Assembly (NCBI GenBank): GCA_963800655.1
Contig: CAWDBT010000002.1
Coordinates: 641,964 to 705,963, forward strand
Reading direction: 5' to 3'
DNA: 64,000 bases
Source of the DNA: Parachlamydiales bacterium
GTDB lineage: Bacteria > Chlamydiota > Chlamydiia > Chlamydiales > SM23-39
The first letter of the stretch is position 1. Each line of letters opens with the position of its first letter. The position numbers were made by a program, and so were the translations under genes. Of the stretch, positions 19,207 through 27,470 are shown in pieces. The notes beneath the pieces are model-generated. The model searched no databases and was not told the DNA's origin. It saw only the letters and a list, made by a program, of their open reading frames with translations.

Positions 19207-19235
19207 TTGCTCAAAATCGCCTTGCCACATATAAT
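19207..19235 (+). promoter_or_regulatory. Near-consensus sigma-70-type promoter
   Basis: TTGCTC-N17-TATAAT. It would give a leader of about 190 nt before the ATG at 19431. Confidence 0.45.
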
Positions 19236-19430
19236 CACCGTATTATTATCCCTTCCCTATAGATAAAACTTATAGAGAGCGGGAAAAGAAGATTGCAAAG
19301 AAAACAACCTTCGGCTAAATAACATGTCTGATTTATACAGACTACCTTCAAAACAAGGGATAGAGCCGAGGTTAAAAACCGGCGCATTCGAGAGACGCAT
19401 TAAATTTTAACAATTAAGCAGGGATTATTC

Positions 19431-19961
19431 ATGAACTGGGCACAAAAAGAAGATCACGCAGAACCTAAAACAAAAAATTTGAAAGAAATCGAAGAAGTCA
19501 TTGCAAAGGCAATCCGCAAAATCAATGGAAAGAAAGAAAACGAACTCTGCAAATATCTCCCTATGAAAACGGGCGGCTATATGCACCACTTCACAATGCG
19601 AAAAATGAAACATAAGCAGCCGCAAGAATTGCTCAGCCTGATCGATCGCTTCGTCATGCAATCCGACAAACCCGTTGCCGTCGCTCCAAAACAGCGCGCA
19701 GCGAGAGGCTCCCGTAAGCGCCGCGACCACATGAATTTCACCCGCAATCAACTAGAGCGCATGCTGAATATCGCCCGCATCGCCGGAGACAAAGAAATCA
19801 TTTCCATCCTGAGCCCGAGAAAATCTCTCGCGGCCTGCAAGCGCGAACTCATCCAGGCAATCCGCCATAATAAAGCAGACCAAGAGCTGTGGAATGCTTT
19901 CGTCGAAGCCGCTGCTGCACAGCAGATGGTCGCCGACATGTTGAGCGGAGCTCAACTATAA
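19431..19961 (+). CDS. Conserved hypothetical basic protein (positional equivalent of C. trachomatis CT066)
   Basis: 176-aa Lys/Arg-rich ORF with a clean ATG, followed by two hairpins. It sits between ytgA and ntt, as CT066 does in Chlamydia (from memory). I recognised no family. Confidence 0.6.
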   Translation: MNWAQKEDHAEPKTKNLKEIEEVIAKAIRKINGKKENELCKYLPMKTGGYMHHFTMRKMKHKQPQELLSLIDRFVMQSDKPVAVAPKQRAARGSRKRRDHMNFTRNQLERMLNIARIAGDKEIISILSPRKSLAACKRELIQAIRHNKADQELWNAFVEAAAAQQMVADMLSGAQL

Positions 19962-20016
19962 GTATTCGAGCTCCTCAAAAGATCTCTATAATCTTTGAGG
20001 GCTTGATTTTCCTTCC

Positions 20017-20046
20017 GGGGCGGAGCATTCTTCGCCCTCCTTTTTT
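20017..20046 (+). terminator. Rho-independent terminator after the CT066-like gene
   Basis: GGGGCGGAG-CATT-CTTCGCCCT stem-loop followed by CC-T6. It is preceded by a second hairpin (CCTCAAAAGA...TCTTTGAGG, about 19973-20000). Confidence 0.65.
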
Positions 20047-20314
20047 CAATCGCTCTACCCGCAGCTAGTTTCCCGTTCTAAATTCCGGCATGTGAATTTG
20101 CTGCGGGCAGAGCGAATGGAAAAACCACCGAATTTCCATAGTGTGTTGTAAAATTGCTTTCCCATGAAAACGAAGGCATTTTTTCGAGGAAATTTTAAAG
20201 ATTCCAAAAAGACCGAGTTCTAGAGGGAAATAAATTTTACAACATTCCTTAGCGCAGCTTATGCAACATCAAATCCCCAAGAACTTCAGACGAAGGCGCC
20301 ATGGAGTTCGCCGC

Positions 20315-20344
20315 TTGATTTTAAATACAGACGCCTTATATGAT
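20315..20344 (+). promoter_or_regulatory. Putative promoter of ntt
   Basis: TTGATT-N18-TATGAT, about 50 nt upstream of the ATG at 20397. Confidence 0.4.
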
Positions 20345-20396
20345 TATTGCTGGTTTTTTAACTAACATTTTTAACTCTCCTTGAGGATTAAAACCA

Positions 20397-21971
20397 ATGT
20401 CGCAACCCGTGACCAAGGAATTTGGGAAATGGAGATCGTTCTTTTGGCCCGTCCATACGTTCGAGCTCAAAAAATTCCTCCCAATGTTCCTGCTGTTTTT
20501 TTTCATTAATTTCAACTACACGATTCTGCGAGATACGAAAGATACGTTGATCGTAACGGCCCCCGGTTCCGGAGCCGAAGCAATCCCCTTCTTGAAAGTA
20601 TGGGGCGTGCTGCCTTTTGCCATCATCTTCATGCTGATCTATTCCAAGCTCAGCAATATTTTGAGCAAGCAAAAGCTGTTCATGTCGACGATCGCCTTTT
20701 TCGGCGTATTTTTCGCTCTGTTCGCGCTCGTATTCTATCCCCTCCGCGAATCTCTCCATCCGATCGCTTTTGCAGACCAACTGCAAGCGATTCTTCCCAA
20801 AGGATTTGGCGGCCTCGTCGCCATTTTCCGCAACTGGACGTACAGCTTGTTCTATATCATGGCCGAATTGTGGGGCAGCGTTGCGATCTCCCTCTTGTTC
20901 TGGGGATTTGCAAACGATACGACAAAGGTTTCCGAATCCAAGCGCTTTTATGCGATTTTCGGACTAGGCGCAAACCTCGCGATGTATCCATCCGGAATGC
21001 TTGATTAAGAAATTCGCCCTGATCCGCGACTCCGTCGCTCCCTGCGCATATCGATGCTTGGGGCGTCACCCTGAACTATACGCTTGACTGCGGTCTGCAT
21101 CGCTTGCGTATGCGTCATGGCGGTATACTGGTGGATCAATAAAGAAGTCTTAACCGATCCTCGCTTCTTCGATCCGAACGAAGTCAAAAAATCGAAGAAA
21201 GACAAGCCCAAAATGGGCTTGATGGAGAGCTTTATTTTCCTCGGAAAATCTCCTTACATCCTTTGCCTTGCGATCCTCGTCATCAGCTACGGCGTTTCCA
21301 TCAACCTCGTAGAAGTGACCTGGAAAGGCCAGTTGAAGGTTCTATATCCGAATTCCAATGACTACCAGAACTTCATGGGAACGTTCTCCATGCTGACCGC
21401 GACGGCGACCATCTTGATGATGCTCTTCGTCGGCGGCAACGTCATCCGCCGATTCGGCTGGGGCGTTGGAGCATTGATCACCCCCGTCGTTCTTCTGGCG
21501 ACTGGAGTCGGTTTCTTCTCCTGCGTGATTTTCCGCGACTCCCTGATGGGCCTCATCGCCATGATGGGAACAAGTCCGCTGATGCTCGCAGTAGTCTTCG
21601 GAACGGTGCAGAACTTCATCAGCAAATCGGCGAAGTATTCGCTCTTCGATCCAACGAAAGAAATGGCTTATATTCCTCTCGACCAGGAATCTAAAGTCAA
21701 AGGAAAAGCAGCGATCGACGTCGTCGGTGCGCGGCTTGGCAAAGCCGGCGGATCTTTGATCCAGCAAGGCCTGCTCCTCACGTTCGGATCGCTCAGCGCG
21801 ATTACGCCTTATATCGCGGTTATCCTGTTCGCCATCATCGGCGCATGGATCATTGCGGCTCGCGCCCTCAGCCGACGCTTTAATGAGCTCAGCGCTCAGA
21901 AAGGATCGCCTGCGGAAGCCTTGGCTGATAAAGCGAAAACATCTACGACTCCAGCAGGAGCCGCTAGCTAA
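20397..21971 (+). pseudogene. ntt: Npt1/NTT-type ADP/ATP translocase with a scrambled stretch of about 27 codons (three +1 shifts, two in-frame stops)
   Basis: ORFs 20397..21008 and 21084..21971 are in the same frame, and together they form a full-length TLC/NTT protein. Between them the conserved reading runs ...GANLAMYPSGML / IKKFALIRDS / LPAHIDAWGVTLNYTL / TAVCIACV..., moving through frames 0, 1, 2 and back to 0. Confidence 0.85.
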
Positions 21972-21997
21972 TTTCGCAATCGCTCCATAGCGAATGA

Positions 21998-22031
21998 CCC
22001 CGCGGGGAAAACCTTTCCCGCGGGGTTTTTT
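21998..22031 (+). terminator. Rho-independent terminator after ntt
   Basis: CCCCGCGGGG-AAAACCTTT-CCCGCGGGG followed by T6. Confidence 0.85.
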
Positions 22032-22516
22032 ATTTTGATTCGAAGACCTCTTGCACAAGAGGTCTATTCACTCGCTGGTCAAATAAGAATCTACAAACCT
22101 ATCCCAGCGATGAGCTTCTGTCAATTTTTGGGGTTTTTTCGTCTATTCCGTTCGATCTGTTTTTTGCGAAGCTCGAGAACCAACCGCAAGATCTTCAACG
22201 GAGGTTGCCGAGACGAAGCGAGATGTTCCCCTCCGATCATTTGCCCGAGCAAAATCTGAGCCGCAGCGATAGTTTGAATTCTTTGATCAAATGGATCTTT
22301 AGGCGAACTGTGGAAACGCTCTCGTCCATTCCTCTCTTCCGAAGGCTCTATAGGACGCTTAAAAAAAACACCCATCGCAACCTCTTATTTAAAATTTTTT
22401 CTTACCTAAAAGGCATGGGATCTTAACGTTCTCTTTGAATTAAAATCAATCTTAACAGCTGCGTCTTGCGAATTTCTCAATGACGGCGACGAAAACAACG
22501 AGCCGGCTATACTACT

Positions 22517-22540
22517 TAGAGGGTGTCTACAAAGAGCGGC
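22517..22540 (+). repeat. PAL-A repeat, half copy
   Basis: TAGAGGGTGTCTACAAAGAGCGGC preceded by ACTACTT. It is followed by an unrelated hairpin (GGCTGCGCA...TGCGCAGCC). Confidence 0.75.
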
Positions 22541-22678
22541 TGCGCAGAACTCCTCTTATGCGCAGCCAAACTCGAATCCGGAGAAAAACCAAGATCGAAT
22601 AAAAAATAATTTTAACCCTTATTTTTTTATATTCAATCCGATATAATTTTGCCGAACTTTAACTAACCAGTCATCACA

Positions 22679-24262
22679 ATGACCGTTTCTCCAGCCTCAT
22701 CCCATCCTCTTGCCGGTTATAGATTTTCAAACGGCGACACGCCGCTCCATCACGCGATCGAGACTTCCAATCTGCCCCTCCTCAAAAGGGTGATCGAAGC
22801 CGGATTTCCCTTAGAGGAACGAAATGCTTTCAATCTAACTCCTTTTCAACTGGCGGTCTCTCAAAAAAAAATCGATATGGCCGAGCAAATCGCACGCCAT
22901 CTGATCGAGAGCGAGTTTTCCTTAGAAAACCGCCCTGCGATCGAACAACAGCTAAGCCTTTTTAAACAGCAAAAAAGCTTTTATCAATCGCAAACCCGCC
23001 TATCGGAAACGACGCCTCCTCTCCATCTAGCTGCTGCGGTTGGCGATCTAAAATCCCTCCGAGACGCCTATCCCGCATCGCTGCACATCCCCGATAGAGA
23101 CGGGCGCACCCCTCTCGAATATGCGATCATTTTTGGACAAACCAACGCGGCGGCATTCCTGATCGAACATGGTTTCTCGCCGGATTTAACAGTCGGCCTC
23201 GCCGCTTTGAATCAAAAGGCTTCCCTTTATCTCGCCGCCTTGTTCAATCGGGTCGAAATTTTCAAATCTCTTCTCGATAAAGGACTCGATCCCAATCTGC
23301 CTAACTATGCTGGATGGACGCCGGCTCAATGCTTTGCCGCTTCCTGCGATTCTCTGGAAAGTTTGCTCGCGATCAAAGAGATGGGAGCTTCCCTATCGAC
23401 TCCATCGAACATGTCTCCCGCGGCGATTTTCCTCATCCGACAATTCCCTCCCGCTTCCCTCGTCTCTATGGCAGATGCCGTACTGGCTGGAACAAATGCG
23501 GTCAAACTGGCATTGCTCTATTGCTTTTACTCCCTTGCAAGTCAAGAAAACCCCGGATGGGGAACCTATGGCCTCAACAGTTTGCTCATCCCCGCTTTGG
23601 CGGCGACTTACCTCTTCCAGCAAACGCAAATTTTTTCCCTCTGCCCAGAACATTTGAGGGAGGAAACTAAATCCCACACACACCCAGGGTCGATCGTCTC
23701 GTCGGGAATCAGCTCTTCCGTATCGAGCTTCCTCCTGCCTACCGGCTGGTCGTGGATCTTCGTCGCTCCCGGCGTAAGCACCTATGCGATCGGGCGATCT
23801 TGCCTATCGAAAATCAAAACCGCCTGTTCGCAGATCTTCAATCGCCCGGCAGCCGCTCTCGGAGCGACCGCTTTGCATCTATTCAACGGAGCTGCAGTTG
23901 CAGGAGACGTATACCACGCCTACCGATTCCTAAATTGGGTCCGGACAAACCCATTGATTCAAGCTCCCTACAGGGAAAAACTCCGTTCCGAAACTTGTGA
24001 TTTCAAAGCGGGCGCACCCATCGACGCAGGCATCGTTCAACGCGCCAAATTCTGCGCCGCCCCCCCGGGAGAACACTTCAACGAATGGCTCTACAGCTCT
24101 CATCCGAAAGAATATCTGGCAAAAATTACAGAAACTTTCTCACGCAGCGAGGATGTTGCGGATTGCAAGCCCCTATCGACGATGGCTCTGTCAATCCGGA
24201 TCTTTCCCGCTGGACGGGGAAAAAGTGCGATTCGGATGATTTCGATCTTTGGTCGCAAATGA
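22679..24262 (+). CDS. Ankyrin-repeat protein with C-terminal paired hydrophobic (Inc-like) segments; effector candidate
   Basis: ANK repeats (GDTPLHHAIETSNLPLLKRVIEAGFPLE; PPLHLAAAVGDLKSL; DGRTPLEYAIIFGQTNAAAFLIEHG). Then two TM pairs with short loops (AVLAGTNAVKLALLYCFYSLA-SQENPGWGTYG-LNSLLIPALAATYLF). Confidence 0.85.
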   Translation: MTVSPASSHPLAGYRFSNGDTPLHHAIETSNLPLLKRVIEAGFPLEERNAFNLTPFQLAVSQKKIDMAEQIARHLIESEFSLENRPAIEQQLSLFKQQKSFYQSQTRLSETTPPLHLAAAVGDLKSLRDAYPASLHIPDRDGRTPLEYAIIFGQTNAAAFLIEHGFSPDLTVGLAALNQKASLYLAALFNRVEIFKSLLDKGLDPNLPNYAGWTPAQCFAASCDSLESLLAIKEMGASLSTPSNMSPAAIFLIRQFPPASLVSMADAVLAGTNAVKLALLYCFYSLASQENPGWGTYGLNSLLIPALAATYLFQQTQIFSLCPEHLREETKSHTHPGSIVSSGISSSVSSFLLPTGWSWIFVAPGVSTYAIGRSCLSKIKTACSQIFNRPAAALGATALHLFNGAAVAGDVYHAYRFLNWVRTNPLIQAPYREKLRSETCDFKAGAPIDAGIVQRAKFCAAPPGEHFNEWLYSSHPKEYLAKITETFSRSEDVADCKPLSTMALSIRIFPAGRGKSAIRMISIFGRK

Positions 24263-24266
24263 CAAA

Positions 24267-24289
24267 AACCGTCTGTCGAAAAGACGGTT
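24267..24289 (+). terminator. Hairpin just after the ankyrin-gene stop (weak terminator candidate)
   Basis: AACCGTCT-GTCGAAA-AGACGGTT, followed by a mixed T-rich tract. Confidence 0.35.
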
Positions 24290-24504
24290 CTACGTCTTAA
24301 TTTTAAATTTCTTGAGCAAAGACTTATAGACGAATTATATGACTGCTGTCAAAACATGCAGGAGGCATTTGCTACAGCGCTCGACATCCTTCAAAAAAAC
24401 ACAGCACCTCTAAACCCTGAAAAAGAGTTGACCGCTCGAGCTTATGCAACGGTCTCTGTATAGAATGATTGCCAGCAGAATCTTTTCCTGATAAAATCGC
24501 ATCC

Positions 24505-26312
24505 ATGTTTGACTACAACCGCCGACTGATTCGAAATTTTTCAATTATCGCCCATATCGACCATGGGAAATCGACCTTGGCCGACAGACTGCTCGAATTG
24601 ACTAAGACCGTCGAGCCGAGGGAGATGCAGGAGCAATTTCTCGACAACATGGACCTCGAACGGGAGCGGGGCATCACGATCAAAGCCCGTCCCGTCACCA
24701 TGCTCTATGAGGCGAAAGACGGCCAGACCTATCAGATCAATTTGATCGATACTCCGGGCCACGTCGATTTCGCTTATGAGGTTTCTCGATCTCTTTCCGC
24801 TTGCGAAGGGGCTCTTCTCGTCGTCGATGCGGTTCAAGGCGTGCAAGCGCAAACGCTCGCCAACGTCCATCTCGCCATCGAGCGCAACCTCGAAATCGTG
24901 CCCGTCATCAACAAGATCGATCTGCCGTCCGCAGATGTCGAAGACGTCAAACGGCAAATCGAAGAAGTCATCGGCCTCGACGCGTCTCACGCTTTGCTGA
25001 TTTCGGCTAAAACTGGGATCGGAATCGACGGAGTCCTCGAAAGAATCCTCATCGACATTCCCCCTCCCAAAGAACCTACCGACGATCTGCTTCGAGCCCT
25101 GGTTTTCGATTCCCATTACGATGCGTTTCGCGGAGTCATGGTCTATGTCCGGATCATCAGCGGAGAAATGTCGAAAAAATCCCTCATCCGCTTTATGGCG
25201 ACCGGGAAAATCGTTTGAAGTCAGCGAAGTGGGCAGTTTTCACCCCGACTGAAAAACCAGTCGATATCTTGCGACCCGGAGAAGTGGGCTATTTCGTCGC
25301 CACGATCAAAAATACGTCCGACGTCAAAATCGGCGATACCATCACCCTCCACAAATTCCCGGCTCCAGCTCCGCTGCCCGGATTCAAGATCATCCGCCCC
25401 GTCGTATTCGCAGGAATTTATCCGATCGACTCCTCCGATTTTGAAGCCGTGCGCGACGCCCTTGCCAAACTGCAGCTCAATGATTCGGCTCTCTATGTAG
25501 AACAGGAGAGCAGCCTGGCTCTGGGATTCGGCTTCCGCTGCGGATTTTTAGGCCTTTTGCACCTCGAAATCGTCTTTGAAAGGCTCTCGCGGGAATTCGA
25601 TCTCGACATCATCACGACCGCTCCGAGCGTCATCTATCGCTTTACCCAGACGAACGGCGAATCGATGGAAATCGATAATCCGGCTCGCTATCCCGATCCC
25701 GCTCAAATCGAATTTGTCGAAGAGCCTTGGGTCAAATGCCATATCATGGCTCCGACGGAATATCTCGGCGCGATCATGAGCCTGGGGATGGAAAAGCGAG
25801 GAGAACTCGTCAAAACCGAGACCATGAACGCCTCGCGGCTCATGCTCACCTATCGATTCCCGATGAATGAGATCATCACCGATTTCAACGACAAGCTCAA
25901 ATCGGTGACGCGAGGATATGGCTCGTTCGATTACGAACTCGACACCTATGAAAAAAGCGATATCGTCAAACTCGAAATCCGCGTCAATGAAGAACCCGTC
26001 GATGCATTTTCCTGCCTAGTCCATCGCTCGAAAGCGGAAAGCAAAGGCCGTGCCATTTGCGCAAAACTCAAAGAAGTGATCCCCCAGCAGCTCTTCAAAG
26101 TGCCCATCCAGGCCGCGATCGGAGGGAAGATCATCGCCCGCGAAACCATCAGCGCGATCACGAAAAACGTGACTGCGAAATGCTATGGCGGAGATATCAC
26201 GCGTAAAAGAAAGCTCTGGGAAAAACAGAAAAAGGGCAAAAAGCGCATGAAGGAAATCGGCAAAGTCAATATCCCTCAAAGCGCCTTTATGGAAGTCCTC
26301 AAAGCCGAGTAG
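24505..26312 (+). pseudogene. lepA: Elongation factor 4 (LepA) interrupted by two 1-nt insertions about 28 nt apart
   Basis: ORF 24469..25218 holds the GTPase domain ([31 protein letters not shown]). ORF 25215..26312 holds domains III-V and the LepA C-terminus. The expected ...[34 protein letters not shown] is spread over three frames around 25207-25236. The likely start is MFDYNRR (24505). Confidence 0.9.
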
Positions 26313-26327
26313 CCGTTATACCGAAAC
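26312..26327 (+). repeat. PAL-B repeat, 5' fragment
   Basis: GCCGTTATACCGAAAC matches the conserved left end of PAL-B. It encodes the last residues and the stop codon of alr on the opposite strand. Confidence 0.55.
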
Positions 26328-27470
26328 AACCCCGCGCATCTTTTCGATCCTCGCGGTTTTTTCGATATAGATCCTCGGAATCCTCTCGTTGAAGTGACAG
26401 AGCACCTCTCGTGGATCAGTGCCGATCATGTGGGCCATCTCCACTAGAGAAATCTCCCGACCGCCCTGCTTGCCGACCAGCACGACCTCATCTCCGACGT
26501 AGGCCTCCCCATCGCCGAGATCCACCATGAACTGATCCATGCAGACCGATCCCGCGATCGGATAGAACTGTCCTCGAATGAGAACTTTCATCCGATTCGA
26601 AAAGTCGCGCCGATACCCATCTCCGTACCCGACGGGAACCGTCGCGATGCGGCTTTGCCTTTGCGTCTGGTAAGTATGGCCATAGCTAATCCCTTGATTG
26701 GCTTCGACGACTTTAAAATAGGAAACCTTTGCCTTGAGAGACAGGATCGGTTTGAGTTCCTGCGCCGATGGATTCAAGGCCAGTCCATAGCAAAGGAGGC
26801 CGGCTCGAACCATGTCCAAATGCGATTCCGGATAAAAGGAAATGCCTCCTGAATTGGCCAAATGCCAAATCCAGGGAAGTCCAAATGTCGATGCCGCTCG
26901 TTCCTTCAATGCGAGAAACCGCTCGATTTGGTCTTGCGTGAAAGAGTTATTGGGCGTTTCGGACATTGCGAAATGCGAATAGATGCCCTTCAAGTGGAAA
27001 CACGGTTGTTTGAGCAAATATTCCATGAGGCCGAGTGCGCTCTCGATCCGCACTCCTGTGCGGCGCATGCCGGTATCCACTTCGACATGAACCGTACACT
27101 TGAAATTCCCTTGAATGGCTGCCTTTGCCACAAGCTCCGCTTTAAAGCGGGAACTGATCGTAAACTCGAGATCATAGCGGATCAAATCGGCGATCTGATC
27201 TTCGTGAAAAGCGCCCAGAACTAAAATCGGGATGCGAATCCCCGCTCTCCGAAGAGCGACTCCTTCTTGCAAACGGGCTACGCAAAAATAATCTGCACCG
27301 CATTCTTGCGCCGCCAAAGCCATACGGATGAGCCCATGGCCATAGGCATTCGCCTTGACGCAGCAGCAAAGAAGGCTCGATCCGATCTGCTTTTGAATCC
27401 ACGAGAGGTTGAGTTTGAATTGATCCAGATCGATTTCAAACCAAGCCGGATGAGGCAATCCGCTATGCAT
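26316..27470 (-). CDS. alr: Alanine racemase
   Basis: PLP-site motif CCCVKANAYGHG and an Alr-like sequence throughout. The start is re-assigned to MHSGLPHPAWFEIDL (27470), overlapping the gnd stop. Confidence 0.9.
   Translation of the reverse strand: MHSGLPHPAWFEIDLDQFKLNLSWIQKQIGSSLLCCCVKANAYGHGLIRMALAAQECGADYFCVARLQEGVALRRAGIRIPILVLGAFHEDQIADLIRYDLEFTISSRFKAELVAKAAIQGNFKCTVHVEVDTGMRRTGVRIESALGLMEYLLKQPCFHLKGIYSHFAMSETPNNSFTQDQIERFLALKERAASTFGLPWIWHLANSGGISFYPESHLDMVRAGLLCYGLALNPSAQELKPILSLKAKVSYFKVVEANQGISYGHTYQTQRQSRIATVPVGYGDGYRRDFSNRMKVLIRGQFYPIAGSVCMDQFMVDLGDGEAYVGDEVVLVGKQGGREISLVEMAHMIGTDPREVLCHFNERIPRIYIEKTARIEKMRGVVSV

Noticed and set aside
19431-19961. Possible identity of the basic 176-aa protein with the chlamydial developmental regulator Euo.
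   Set aside because: I cannot recall the Euo sequence well enough to support this. The positional analogy is to CT066, not to the euo locus, so it is left as hypothetical.
22121-22375. 84-aa minus-strand ORF in the ntt-ankyrin gap, and the 71-aa ORF 11718..11933 upstream of rseP.
   Set aside because: No convincing RBS or family resemblance, and the composition is consistent with random intergenic ORFs. I cannot support them as genes.
21000-25240. Programmed ribosomal frameshifting or transcriptional slippage as an explanation for the ntt and lepA disruptions.
   Set aside because: The shift sites lack slippery heptamers or long homopolymers and have no downstream pseudoknot-like structure. 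Multiple consecutive shifts would also be needed. Sequence error or mutation is simpler.
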